A stretch of 51,888 nt of DNA, the filler included, from an uncultured virus (IMG/VR IMGVR_UViG_2061766007_000155) (Duplodnaviria > Heunggongvirae > Uroviricota > Caudoviricetes). It is 5 parts of one record of this genome, joined end to end, with 100 filler letters (N's around TTAATTAATTAA, not from the genome) between each part and the next. Parts side by side here need not be neighbours in the genome. Positions count along the whole stretch, not along the records: positions 1 to 8,470 come from IMGVR_UViG_2061766007_000155; positions 8,571 to 10,159 come from IMGVR_UViG_2061766007_000155; positions 10,260 to 41,201 come from IMGVR_UViG_2061766007_000155; 2 more parts are not named here. One strand, given 5' to 3'. Below the pieces are notes generated by a model that worked only from the letters and a program-made list of their open reading frames with translations, ran no database searches and was not told the origin of the DNA. Of the stretch, positions 1 through 10,747 are shown in pieces (within the stretch, counting starts at the first letter, position 1; each line of letters begins with the position of its first letter). The translations under genes and the position numbers were made by a program.

Positions 1-1
1 A

Positions 2-55
2 TTCACCGCGCTGTATCCTCGGGTGGATTCCGGGACGGACCTCGATAAACTCTAG
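2..55 (+). CDS. 3' end of hypothetical protein (...FTALYPRVDSGTDLDKL*)
   Basis: Open frame to TAG at 53-55; a longer reverse-oriented allele at 8369-8470 keeps the frame. Confidence 0.55.
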   Translation, partial: FTALYPRVDSGTDLDKL

Positions 56-68
56 TTTGCTATATTTG
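56..68 (+). promoter_or_regulatory. Putative host-RNAP (early) promoter TTTGCTATATTTG
   Basis: Identical 13-mer also at 35026 and 50574, each just upstream of a non-structural gene; contains Bacteroidota-type TAnnTTTG. Confidence 0.7.
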
Positions 69-75
69 GTGGACT

Positions 76-564
76 ATGGGCGACATCAACCGCATATATC
101 TCGACATGGACGGGGTCCTCTGCGACTTCGACGCACGGGCCGACGAGTACGGCTGCAGGAAGTACCCGGGGAAGGACCCGGGTGCTATCGACTGGAACAT
201 ACCCAAGGCCGTCGGTCCGGACTACTGGGCCAACATGGCGTGGATGCCGGGTGCCGAGGAGTTCTTTCTGAAGTGCCGCGAGATGTGCGACGCGCTCGGC
301 ATAGAGCTCGGCATACTTACGGCAATCGAGATTCCGGCCGGAGTCAAGGGCAAGTGCCTGTGGGTACACTGGAACACCGACATCGACAACGAACACCTCA
401 TCATCGTGAGGAAGGGCACCGAGAAGATGCGGTTCGCAGCGCCTGACAGGATACTTGTCGACGACACCCCGAAGAACGTCGACGCGTTCCGTGCGGCGGG
501 AGGCCAGGCCGTCCTGTACCGGAGTCCCGGACAGGCGTTATCCGACATAATCAAGCTCGTTTAG
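76..564 (+). CDS. HAD-superfamily 5'(3')-deoxyribonucleotidase-like phosphatase
   Basis: IYLDMDGVLCDF (motif I), ILTA, ILVDDTPKN...AAGG (motif IV). Confidence 0.85.
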   Translation: MGDINRIYLDMDGVLCDFDARADEYGCRKYPGKDPGAIDWNIPKAVGPDYWANMAWMPGAEEFFLKCREMCDALGIELGILTAIEIPAGVKGKCLWVHWNTDIDNEHLIIVRKGTEKMRFAAPDRILVDDTPKNVDAFRAAGGQAVLYRSPGQALSDIIKLV

Positions 565-571
565 AATTCCG

Positions 572-595
572 ATGGCCGCCTGGTTTGGCGGCCAT
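572..595. terminator. Hairpin, probable terminator
   Basis: ATGGCCGCC-tggttt-GGCGGCCAT directly after the HAD gene; weak U tract. Confidence 0.5.
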
Positions 596-600
596 TGGTG

Positions 601-608
601 TATAAACT
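601..608 (+). promoter_or_regulatory. Putative late promoter TATAAACT
   Basis: Motif recurs upstream of structural genes; followed by GAGGA RBS and ATG at 629. Confidence 0.7.
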
Positions 609-628
609 CTTGTTTTGAGGAATAATCC

Positions 629-1707
629 ATGGCCAAGACGGGAAATACAACAGACGAATCCACGGCGGTGCTGAAAGAGCTAGAACAGAAGATGTCCAGC
701 ATGATGGGCATCGTCGACAGCCTGTCCAAGAAGGTTGACGACGAGTACAACATGTTCGTCAACGGCAACAGCCCGTACTTCCTTAACATATCCAGCGCGC
801 TCGGCTCGTCACTGCACGAGAGCGAGATGGACCGCCGCCACTACGAGGAGGCCATGGAGCAGAATCGCCAGGCACAGCAGATGTCCGGCATGAAGTCGCC
901 AGAACGGGGCGACAGCAATTTCTGGTCCTCGGCATTCACGCCGACTCCGGTGTCCCAGGCTGAAATCCAGGCGAACGTGATGAAGTCCGCATTCAGCGAC
1001 AACGGTGTCATCGACACGTTCAAGAACATGTTCTCCGGAATCGCGAAGCCGGAAACAAATTCCAAGGAACTAGGGGACATAATCAAGGAGGCCATGCGCA
1101 GCGAGGCCGACGGCAGGACATTCGGCGAGAAGGCCCTGGACAGCCTCGGTTTCCGCACTGTCACCAAGGGAATCAACTGGTTCGCCGACCGGGACATCCG
1201 CAAGGAAGAGAAGGCGACGGCAAAGGACCAGGGTACAATCAAGCGCGAGCAGAAGCAGCTCGACCGGCTTTCCGCAAAGTACAGGAAGCTGAAGGCTTCC
1301 GGCGCCAGCGAGGAGAAGCTGCAGGAACTGCAGGAGCAGTACACCGCCCACAAGAAAAAGCAGACCAGCGCAGCCGAGAGGATTCACGAGCGCAGGAACG
1401 ACGACCTTGCCGAAATCGGGATGCCCACTAAACAGAAGGAACAGCCATTCACTTTCGACTGGGCGAAGTTTAACGAGGAATTCAAGAAGATTGGTGCAAA
1501 CCCGGCAATGCAGCCGGATAACCGGGCAGCCCCGGCTGCGGCAGTGTCTAGCGCCCTGGCGCCTACCGTGCGCAAGCCAGGCATGCCGGAAATTATAGAA
1601 GCGGAAGTGGTGGACGATACCAGGACGAAGGACGTAACCAAGGACAAGAACGAGCCTGTCGAACTTGCCAAGGAAACCAAGGGTGCGCTAGTTCCGGTTG
1701 GCGACAC
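629..1707 (+). CDS. Tape-measure-like protein (T4 gp29-like), N-terminal part
   Basis: Helical/coiled-coil composition; its last ~50 nt repeat at 4116-4165, giving one ~655-aa ORF upstream of baseplate genes. Confidence 0.6.
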
Positions 1708-1717
1708 NNNNNNNNNN

Positions 1718-1804
1718 GTCGCACACGGCGAACGAGTTGCTGGTCATCTCGGATATGATGCACTTGTCCCTGATTATGTCCTTCTTGCTATAGCGAGGCC
1801 ACAT
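1718..1804 (-). CDS. gp51-like baseplate hub assembly protein, N-terminal fragment (MWPRYSKKDIIRDKCIISEMTSNSFAVCD)
   Basis: Overlaps the end of the gp26-like gene in the +1 frame; cut by N gap; position-based call. Confidence 0.45.
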
Positions 1805-3685
1805 AGTTTCGAATTCGAAACGGATACGGCAGGACTGCCGTACCTCCGCAATGTGGGCACTTGAGATGCACGTAGGTCTTCGTCACAAGCTGCGCGTTGA
1901 GCACGGACATGAACAACTTGTTCCTTTCGGCGAGCGGATAGGACTCGATGTACTCGAGCTTCTCGGTCATGTCGTCGCAGTCCTCGATTTCCATCACGGA
2001 AGCGATTGCGAGGCCCTGCTTCCTGTAGCTCGGGAACGCGTCGTCGTGGGCGTCCTCCCATGCGGCGACGTACTCGTCCACTATTCGGTCGTGCTTGCGG
2101 CGCTTGAGGTACACGTTGCATTCCCTGCCGTCGTACGCGGTGAACTCCACGTATCCCTTCTCGGCATGCATCGCCGCGACCTGTTCCGGTGGCGTCTCCG
2201 TACGGAACTCGAGGTCGTTGAACGATACTCCCGGGAGCGTCTGGACGGCGGCGAGGTCGCGGTACTGGCGGCCGCACTTGGGGCAGTCGTACCTCATCTT
2301 GGGCAGGCCGTAGTCGTTTTCCGGGTAGGAAGACGCACGTAGCCAGTAGAGGAGGTATTCCTCGTCGCCCGACAGTATGTCTTCCGGGGAGGCTAGCCCG
2401 CGGAGCCTGCGCCCGAGGATGGTGGTNNNNNNNNNNTCCCGACAGGATGTCTTCCGGGGAGGCTAGCCCGCGGAGCCTGCGCCCGAGGATGGTGGTCATC
2501 GTCGAATTGATGTCCTCCTCGGTGGCATCGGCGAGCATGAACACGTCGACCGTCTTGAGCGCCTGCCCGTAGACCGTCTCCGGATAGAAGATGCCGTGTG
2601 ACGGCCAGTCGGAGATTGCTGTGAACGCCTCGAAGTCCTTGTTCGGGACACCCGGGTCGAATATCGGCTTCTGCGCCTGAGGAACTTCCTGCGGGCGCAT
2701 CGGCACGACATTCTGCTGCACGGGCTCGGCGGGCGGCATAGTCTGCGCCGGGGTCGGCTGGATTTTGGCGGACGCTTCCAGGAAGGCCTGCGTATTTGCC
2801 ATGTTTCCTACCGGCGGCTGCATGCGTGCCATCTGCGGCTGTGCATACTGCATGGGCTGCTGGTAATAACCCGGATTTCCCTGGCCGTTATAGGCGGCCG
2901 CATTGTGTTCGTCGATAATGTTCCTTTCCTGCATGCCGGGGTCCTCCTGGGCGGCCTGGTTGAGCTGGTGGTATTCGCGCTCCCTGGCTTCGGATTCGAG
3001 ACTCCACCCCGGGATTTCGCCCCGGTAGTTCGGGTCGGGGTGCGGACCGGCCAGACTCGGGTCGTTCGCGAGGCGGTCCCTGGCGTATTCCGGGGAAATC
3101 CGTGGCTGCTCCGGCGTCTGCTGCGGCATTGCATGCTGATATCTCGGGTCAAGGATACGGGCATCATATGCACCCGGATGGACGGTTTCCTGCTGTTCGA
3201 CGAAACGGTCGCGACTCCTTGCGTGCGACGCCTTGACACTCTGGATTAGGTCGAGGTCGGCCTGGGTGAACCCGGCGGTATGCATGCCGGTGCCCGGCTC
3301 GGGCTGCTCCGGGAGTGTCGGGGCAGGCGCGATAGGCGCGTGCCCTTCAGTTTCCGGCTGCCTGATGAATTCGGGCTTGGCCACCTTGGCGGCTTCCTGT
3401 TTCTTCATTCCCTTCTTCCCCCTCTTCTTTACGGGCTTCTGCTCGATTGCCGACTGAGGGACTTCCGGTTCGGTCTTCCCGGTGACCAGTTCGGCCCTGC
3501 GCTTCTGTGCCTCCCGGTTCTTCGCCTCCATGTCCCTGGCGAGCTCCTCGTGCTCCCGCCTGATTGTCTCGGCGAGTTCCTTGTCGCCCATNNNNNNNNN
3601 NGAGCTCTTCGTGCTCCCGCCTGATTGTCTCAGCTAGTTCCTTGTCGCCCATCGCGGCCATGCCCAGGGAAGCCTGGAATGCGTC
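1788..3685 (-). CDS. gp26-like baseplate hub assembly chaperone with long Pro/Gln-rich N-terminal extension (start in gap)
   Basis: WPSHGIFYP motif, CPKCG...DL and CPHCG Zn knuckles; frame break at 2427-2436 is a gap with duplicated flanks. Confidence 0.65.
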
Positions 3686-3891
3686 NNNNNNNNNNNNNNN
3701 NNNNNNNNNNNNNNNNNNNNNNNNNNNNNNNNNNNNNNNNNNNNNNNNNNNNNNNNNNNNNNNNNNNNNNNNNNNNNNNNNNNNNNNNNNNNNNNNNNNN
3801 NNNNNNNNNNNNNNNNNNNNNNNNNNNNNNNNNNNNNNNNNNNNNNNNNNNNNNNNNNNNNNNNNNNNNNNNNNNNNNNNNNNNNNNNNNA

Positions 3892-4104
3892 CTATTCCCC
3901 TTCCGAGGACGTTTCCTGTTCCTTGCTCTTCTTGAGCTTTGCCATGCCCTCGTCGAACTTGGACTTGAGGGCGGTGCTCACGCGGCGACCGAGCATGGAG
4001 TGGAAGTAACCGGCGAGTACCTTCGGGTCGGAAACGAGCCTGTGTTCCATGAGCGTGCGCTGCTTGGTGTAGGCCTCGTCCCAGTTGACGGTGATTCGCC
4101 ACTT
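3892..4104 (-). CDS. Hypothetical protein, C-terminal fragment
   Basis: Open frame KWRITVNW...SSEGE* with phage-like codon usage. Confidence 0.55.
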   Translation of the reverse strand, partial: KWRITVNWDEAYTKQRTLMEHRLVSDPKVLAGYFHSMLGRRVSTALKSKFDEGMAKLKKSKEQETSSEGE

Positions 4105-4114
4105 NNNNNNNNNN

Positions 4115-5054
4115 GGTCGAACTTGCCAAGGAAACCAAGGGTGCGCTAGTTCCGGTTGGCGACACCAAGGAAGCGGCGGATATTCAGCGCAAGCTCGACA
4201 CCACATTGCGCCCGGACTTTTACAAGGAAGGTATTAACTTCTTCAAGAAGGGAAATTCGGGTGAACTCATGGCGGGCCTGTCGGGTGCACTCGGCGGAGG
4301 GGCGCTTGGTGGCGCGGCGAAGGCGGGGCTCTATGCGGCAGCGGCCACGGCAGTCGTGGCTTCCGTCGCCAAGGTTAGCCAGGCGGCAATGCTCGTAAAG
4401 GACTGGTACAGCGCAAGCAGCGAGGCCGTCGACAACGTCAAGAAGATGACGGAGCAGAACAACGCCAACCTCGAGAAACGCAAGAACGGCGTCAATGATG
4501 ATATGCTTACCGCTACCCAGGAATCCAATACTGCTGACCAGGAGCTGCATGAAAGCGAGGAATCCTGGGCTGATTCTGCCGGCAGTTTCGTCAAGGATAC
4601 CCTGTTTGGCGGATTATTCGGTAAATCTGACCGCAAGAAGGCACAGGAGAAAGCCGCCGCTGCTGAAAAGAAGCGCATAGCGGAAAACGAGAAATACAGG
4701 AAGATGAAGGACGCCGCCGCAAAGGCGGGCGTCAATACGAACGACACCGAGGAACTCAAAAAGTTCAAGGAACTGTACGACAAGGGACAGGCCGACCAGT
4801 ACAAGTCCGGGAAGTCCAAGCTCGCCGCCGGGAACCTCCAGGAATCCGGCCAGGAAGCAACGGCGCAGACGCCGGGGTCCAAGGTTGACACCGAGAATAC
4901 CGAGACGGCCGAGGAGCAGGCGAAGCGGCAGGAGGAGACCATGTTCAACGCGATGAAGCGGGCGTTGCTCGACATCGACGTACAGAGACAGAACGAGGAA
5001 AACGCTAAGATTCAGGGCAAGCAGATTGACCAGAGTCTCAATGGAAGGAAATAA
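4115..5054 (+). CDS. Tape-measure-like protein, C-terminal part
   Basis: Continues 629-1707 through exact overlap; Gly/Ala hydrophobic stretch GALGGGALGGAAKAGLYAAAATAVVASV. Confidence 0.6.
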
Positions 5055-5057
5055 GGC

Positions 5058-6185
5058 ATGGCGGAGAAGTCTAAAATAGTCAGGTACAAGCCGTTCCCGA
5101 AGCACGAGAACACCCCGGGCGTGAACGGCCAGGGAGGCAGGCACTACCATTCGGACAGCCTGCCGCTGCCCAACGTCGTCCGTATCGAGATACTGTCCCC
5201 GATTGCAAAGGCGAGGTACCTCGGGCAGTTCCACAGCATGATGGAGGGTTTCCGGCAGCAGCTGGCCAATTCAATCATGACTCCTGACGCCACGCTTCCG
5301 TTCTACGGGTTCTTCGACCCGGAAGAAAACGGTGGAATCGGCTTCGACATCAACGCCAACTGGGAACAGGACAGTTCTAGCATGCTGGACTCGATAGCCC
5401 AAAACGCGGGAAAGATTCCTGTCATAGGCGGCGCAATCAGCAAAGGAGCCGGCGGGCTTTCCGGCGCGATTTCCGGTGTTTCCAAGGTGGCGAACAAGCT
5501 TGTTGGCGCCATGGGCCTGGACAACACCAGCACCGGTTCCTGTACGATGAAGAGCTTCAGCAAGGCGACGTTCGCCTTCAACAAGACGGTGAAGTGCAGC
5601 TGGTACATGCCGGAGCAGGAGGCCCAGGCACGAGTGTCCATCACCCGCCTGATGAAGATGGCCTACGTGAGGAACTTCGACCTGAATTCCCGCAACGACT
5701 ACGCAAAGAAGGTAGCCGAGGCTTTCCGTGCGATGAGCCAGCAGATTGAAAGTTTCAACCAGACCGAGGGGCCGAACGGGTTTGCCGGCAACCTGCTCAG
5801 CAACGGTGCCCACCTGTTGGCCGGAGCGACAGAAACCATCGGCGATATGACCGGAGTGTCGCTGGACAGCCTCATCAACGGGGCAATCGACCTCAACGCC
5901 TTCTTCGGCGGCGCGCTGACTGTCGCCCCGATGCCTGTCCGCCTTACCATGGGCCATATTCTCGACATCGAGCCCCTTGTTATTACCGGCATCAAGATTT
6001 CCGGCAGCAAGGAGCAGTTCATGACCACCGACGGGACGAACATCCCGCTGTTCGTCAACGCGGACATCAGTTTCGACATGTGGATGATTCCTGACCCGAA
6101 CAAGGGCTTCGTCCGCTGGCTCGGCGACGACGTGTTCAACATCGGTTACACCAACGCGGTATCGGAGAAGGGGAGTAGCAAGTAA
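5058..6185 (+). CDS. Baseplate-tail tube junction protein (gp48-like)
   Basis: Follows tape measure; PMPVRLTMG...PLVITGIKIS...P.FVNADISF tube-fold pattern. Confidence 0.55.
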   Translation: MAEKSKIVRYKPFPKHENTPGVNGQGGRHYHSDSLPLPNVVRIEILSPIAKARYLGQFHSMMEGFRQQLANSIMTPDATLPFYGFFDPEENGGIGFDINANWEQDSSSMLDSIAQNAGKIPVIGGAISKGAGGLSGAISGVSKVANKLVGAMGLDNTSTGSCTMKSFSKATFAFNKTVKCSWYMPEQEAQARVSITRLMKMAYVRNFDLNSRNDYAKKVAEAFRAMSQQIESFNQTEGPNGFAGNLLSNGAHLLAGATETIGDMTGVSLDSLINGAIDLNAFFGGALTVAPMPVRLTMGHILDIEPLVITGIKISGSKEQFMTTDGTNIPLFVNADISFDMWMIPDPNKGFVRWLGDDVFNIGYTNAVSEKGSSK

Positions 6186-6631
6186 TGGCAAAGGAAGCAT
6201 TCCCTCGCATGAGGGCACATAGTTTTTCCTACGCGGACACGTTCACCGTGCCGTCCTATATCGCCGGCCGTCTCGACCTAATCGTAAAGGACAAGTACGG
6301 CGAGCCGAAGGCCTACAAGGCCATCGCCGCCGCCAACGGCATAGTCGACGCGTTCACCACCCGTCCGGGCATCCGTCCGGCGACGGAGGCTCTCGAAAAT
6401 GAGCTAGTTTTACGCGGGGTGAAGCCGTCCAAGGCGAAGGCCGCCGCCGACAGGATAGACGAGGAACGTATCCTGGGCGAAATGGACTGGCTCGCCTACG
6501 GCAACATGGTCGCCGGCAACATCACGGACGTGACCCCGGAGAGGATTATGTTCGTGCCGACGCCGAGCACCGCAGTGGCATGGCTCGAGCGATACAATAC
6601 GCTCATTGAAGAGGAAGAAGAGGAAGACTGA
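6185..6631 (+). CDS. Baseplate wedge protein (gp53-like, LysM-type)
   Basis: GRLDLIVKDKYG...AIAAANGIVDAF. Confidence 0.7.
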   Translation: MAKEAFPRMRAHSFSYADTFTVPSYIAGRLDLIVKDKYGEPKAYKAIAAANGIVDAFTTRPGIRPATEALENELVLRGVKPSKAKAAADRIDEERILGEMDWLAYGNMVAGNITDVTPERIMFVPTPSTAVAWLERYNTLIEEEEEED

Positions 6632-7974
6632 TGGGAAAGTCCAAGGTAGGTGAACGGTATTCGGTCAGCATCGGCCTGGTGAAGGCCGGCAACGACTCCA
6701 GCAAGGACCTGGTCGTGTACAACGACGCGTCCCTGCACGCGTTCGAGTTCATCGTGCCCATGAACGGGCTGCCGGCAGGACGCGCCAAGATTGTGTGCGA
6801 CGCCGGTGTGGTCGGCAACCCGAGCAGCGGAAGTTACGGCAAGCTGTTCGTGAACGGGCTGCTTCCCGGGGGAAAGGCGATGGAGCTGCCAATCTACGTG
6901 AATTCCCTCGTCCGGAACAACATCTCGCAGGAAGTAGTCAGTCTCGACCTCGAGTTCACCCTCGGGCACGAGAGGCTGCAGAGCGTCATGGAATCAATTG
7001 CGCTGGAAGGTACAAGCGTCGACGCCGTGAACAAGCTGTTCGCTGCACAGGAAATCGAAATTATCGACGACGTGTCTCCCGCAAAGGGCTCCACCGGGGT
7101 CAGCGACAACATGATTTGGCGCTTCGTGGCCGGGACCCTCCCGGAACACCTCCTCAACGTAATCGTACGCTCGTCCCTCCCGGGAGACCTGCTGTACTGG
7201 GTATACGACGATTCCGCGCTTACCTTCAGGATGAGTACTTTCAACGTATCCAAGGCTTCCAAGCACAAGAATTTCTTCATGTACACGTCGGACGCTGTCA
7301 CCACCACCAATTCGGCCACGCACAATGTCAAGGGAACCGACACGAACATATGGTACTATTCCGGGTACTCCCCGTCTGACCTCAACGGCGAGACCAGGGA
7401 GGCCCGCTCGCCGAACCTGGTGATAGACAGCACGGCATCCGGCAGCGCCAAGGACAGCGGCACCTGCAGCAAGGACTGCTGGAAGGCGGTAATCGGCTCC
7501 ATGGGCGCAAACGAGCAGTTCATCGAATCGGAGACCTACGGGCCGCAGAAGATGGTGAAGCCCTTCCCGGCGAACACCCACAAGACATATGCCATAGCCC
7601 CGCATGTTCGCCAGTACATGATGGCCGAATATTCCAAGATGGTGACGCTCCGCATATACAACCACCCGGGACCCGCCGTGGGTTCCTGCGTGTACTTCTA
7701 CGCCGCGTCGCCGAAGCTGAAGAACGGGGACTTCCTCCCCGACGAGAACTACACCGCCAAGTACATCGTGCTGGGCAAGAAGATTATGAAGGCCGCCACG
7801 GTGAACACCGGCCTGCTCGGCAGGGAACGCCCGGCAAACACGTCGGACCTGGTGACCGAGATTACCATGGTATCCAACGCCGGGTACGACGGGGCGAAAA
7901 GCGCCGACTACAAGCAGGTGACCGAGCTCGCGTCGGCAATCACGAGGGCGCTGGCTAAGGAGACCAAGAAATGA
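6631..7974 (+). CDS. Baseplate hub protein (gp27-like)
   Basis: Between gp53-like and gp5-like genes; PAVGSCV...YTAKYIV beta-barrel pattern. Confidence 0.55.
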   Translation: MGKSKVGERYSVSIGLVKAGNDSSKDLVVYNDASLHAFEFIVPMNGLPAGRAKIVCDAGVVGNPSSGSYGKLFVNGLLPGGKAMELPIYVNSLVRNNISQEVVSLDLEFTLGHERLQSVMESIALEGTSVDAVNKLFAAQEIEIIDDVSPAKGSTGVSDNMIWRFVAGTLPEHLLNVIVRSSLPGDLLYWVYDDSALTFRMSTFNVSKASKHKNFFMYTSDAVTTTNSATHNVKGTDTNIWYYSGYSPSDLNGETREARSPNLVIDSTASGSAKDSGTCSKDCWKAVIGSMGANEQFIESETYGPQKMVKPFPANTHKTYAIAPHVRQYMMAEYSKMVTLRIYNHPGPAVGSCVYFYAASPKLKNGDFLPDENYTAKYIVLGKKIMKAATVNTGLLGRERPANTSDLVTEITMVSNAGYDGAKSADYKQVTELASAITRALAKETKK

Positions 7975-8206
7975 CGAACGAATTTCCAGACTACGGCGAA
8001 GTGCTGAACTCGCTCAACCCTGCGTCGGCCGTGCCGATGGGCAGGCTTACGTTCCCGTACTACTACGCGCAGGTCGTCGGCTCTTCCGTCGACCCTAACC
8101 GGGTCGGGTGCGTGCAGGCAAGGGTAAGCGGTGTCACCGACCTGTGGGAGGACAAGTTCCAGCCGTGGTTCGCCCCGCAGCTCACTACCGGCATGCAGCA
8201 GGTCCC
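7971..8206 (+). CDS. gp5-like baseplate spike, N-terminal OB-fold part
   Basis: VVGSSVDPNRVGCVQARVSG...PWFAP...QQVP. Confidence 0.8.
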
Positions 8207-8514
8207 NNNNNNNNNNATGTCGGGTAGACTTTGTCGAATGCCTGAGGTGCCACAACATCGGGGTTCGCATAAGAACGGGAATGGCCCGGACGTTCCGGGT
8301 CAATCTCAAGGCTCAGGTTGTCGTACTTGACTATGCAGTAACGCGTACCTGTCATTGGNNNNNNNNNNCAGTTTATCCAGGTCCGTCCCGGAATCCACCC
8401 GAGGATACAGCGCGGTGAACCTCGCGCTGGCGTAACTGGAGAGTTCCAGGAACTCCGGGAAGAACAGCTGNNNNNNNNNNNNNNNNNNNNNNNNNNNNNN
8501 NNNNNNNNNNNNNN

Positions 8515-8526
8515 TTAATTAATTAA
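8515..8526. other. Artificial six-frame-stop contig linker TTAATTAATTAA (also 10204-10215, 41246-41257, 45708-45719)
   Basis: Identical 12-mer embedded in N runs four times. Confidence 0.95.
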
Positions 8527-8632
8527 NNNNNNNNNNNNNNNNNNNNNNNNNNNNNNNNNNNNNNNNNNNNCGCGCTCATGCCCTGCATGAGGAGCGAGCG
8601 GGTCTCCTCGTCGAATCCTTCAATTCCGTTGC

Positions 8633-8905
8633 TCATCGTGTAACCTCAGCTACAATGTAAGTGTATCTCGGCCCCTTGTAGTGGGACCCGTTCGCTAGCG
8701 TGATGTCGATTTCCTCGCCACGACTGGTGGACATGAGTTTATCGACCTCCACCTGGCACTCATCAGCTGTCGGGTAGACTTTTTCGAATGCCTGAGGTGC
8801 CACAACATCGGGGTCCGCATAAGAACGGGAATGGCCCGGACGTTCCGGGTCAATCTCGAGGCTCAGGTTGTCGTACTTGACTATGCAGTAACGCGTACCT
8901 GTCAT
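8633..8905 (-). CDS. Hypothetical protein (90 aa)
   Basis: ORF with a second allele at 8217-8358; stop overlaps next ATG (8636, MSNGIEG...). Confidence 0.6.
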   Translation of the reverse strand: MTGTRYCIVKYDNLSLEIDPERPGHSRSYADPDVVAPQAFEKVYPTADECQVEVDKLMSTSRGEEIDITLANGSHYKGPRYTYIVAEVTR

Positions 8906-8918
8906 TGGNNNNNNNNNN

Positions 8919-10159
8919 ACAGAAGGGGCAGTGGCTGATGGTGCGCTTCCTGGACGGGGACATCAACCAGGGCATGTACTACGGCGTGTCGCAGACGAAG
9001 CACTTCCTCCCGGAGAACTTCGTGGGGGAATACCCGGACATCGCCGTGCTCAACCTTGGCGAAAGCGACTACCTCTACACGCACAACCGGAGGACCCACG
9101 TGTCCGACATAAGGAATCCCGGGAACAACTCCGGGATTACCTGGAACGAGGCCGGGGAAATCACGGTGGAATCGTCCAACGCGTCCGAGGAGGAGGGCTC
9201 CTCGTCGGTATCCGTACTGACCGAGGCGACCATAGACATCTTCACCTGCAAGCCCGTAGGCAGCCCGAGCAACGGGGTGCGCTCCGGCTCCGAGTACCTG
9301 AGGGTACCGCACATTTCCAAGGCCACTGTGGACGCACTGCGCGGCAACGGTAGCGGTAACGAGACCGTGGTCAAGAGCGTGCAGGATTCCGAGGCCGACG
9401 GCCAGGATACCAGGCAGCTCGACGGCCTCAACGGGACATACACGGTCCCGTTCATGGAATCCCCGGCAAGCAAGCGGCGTACAAGCAAGACCAACAAGAG
9501 GATAATCATCGGTACCACCGGGGGAAGCCCGCTCGCCTCCTATCTCGGCTCCGTNNNNNNNNNNGCAGAAGGGGCAGTGGCTGATGGTGCGCTTCCTGGA
9601 CGGGGACATCAACCAGGGCATGTACTACGGCGTGTCGCAGACAAAGCACTTCCTTCCGGAGAACTTCGTGGGGGAATACCCGGACATCGCCGTGCTCAAC
9701 CTTGGNNNNNNNNNNAGGTGACGGACAGCCGGACATCATCTCGTCCCTTGCCGACCAGGCGGCCGCGAANNNNNNNNNNGACGGCAACCGAGTCCAAGAC
9801 CTGCGTGCACTACCTCGTCGGTCTCGGCGACGGACAGCCGGACATCATCTCGTCCCTTGCCGACCAGGCGGCCGCGAAGAACCTCGGGTTCATCCAGTGC
9901 GCCGAGACATGGAACGACGGCACCTACGGTTCCGACATGACGGGCAAGAANNNNNNNNNNTGACCAGGCGGCCGCGAAGAACCTCGGGTTCATCCAGTGT
10001 GCCGAGACATGGAACGACGGCACCTACGGTTCCGACATGACGGGCAAGAAGAACGTGGACGCGGTTTCCGTGGTGTTCTACGGCAACGGCGCGCTGAACA
10101 AGTACCAGGAAGGCAAGCTGATGGACATCGTCAACCACGTCAAGAAGGCGGGCAGCCTC
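8919..10159 (+). CDS. gp5-like spike, middle part including amidase-like domain (with duplicated allele pieces)
   Basis: KGQWLMVRFLDGDINQGMYYG completes the OB fold; RIIIGTT...VHYLV...N.DAVSV...YQ resembles Amidase_2. Confidence 0.7.
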
Positions 10160-10259
10160 NNNNNNNNNNNNNNNNNNNNNNNNNNNNNNNNNNNNNNNNN
10201 NNNTTAATTAATTAANNNNNNNNNNNNNNNNNNNNNNNNNNNNNNNNNNNNNNNNNNNN

Positions 10260-10713
10260 CGTCACCGAGGTGGAGTACAAGTCCGACTGGGAGCGCCGGT
10301 TCTGCGTATTGTGCGACGGGAACGAGAATGTCATCAAGTGGGCCTACGAGCCGTTCGCCATCCCGTACAGTTCCCCTGTCCTGATGAAGCAGTCCCTTTA
10401 CAAGCCTGACATTTACCTGGAAATCAAGTATGCCGACGGGCATGTCGAGAAATGGCTCATAGAAATCAAGCCCGTGGTATATTCCATTGTCCCCAGCCCG
10501 CCGAAGCCGCTCCCGCCGGGGTGCCAGGACCCGAAGAAGATAGCGTCCTTCCAGCGGCGCATGGCCTCGTACCAGCGAAAGAGCCTCGACGTGGCCACCA
10601 ACTTCGCCAAGTGGGAGGCTGCCGAGCAGTGGTGCCGGCGTCACCAGGTCAACTGGATGATTTTCAACGAGCAGAACAGCCGCGGGCTGTTCAAGGGCTC
10701 CATTTCAGTCTAA
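10260..10713 (+). CDS. Head-completion nuclease (T4 gp4/TnsA-like), C-terminal part
   Basis: YKSDWERRF...KWAYEP..IPY...YKPD...IEIKP...AKWEAA. Confidence 0.9.
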
Positions 10714-10747
10714 TATGGAATAGTTTTCCTACCAGAGGAAAACGACG

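Noticed and set aside
45..52. GATAAACT as a late promoter
   Set aside because: Encodes the D-K-L end of the upstream ORF; the TTTGCTATATTTG motif better explains the next gene
1..8470. Inverted copy of 1-52 at about 8369-8419 as terminal inverted repeats
   Set aside because: It is a reversed allele of a coding 3' end, bounded by gaps
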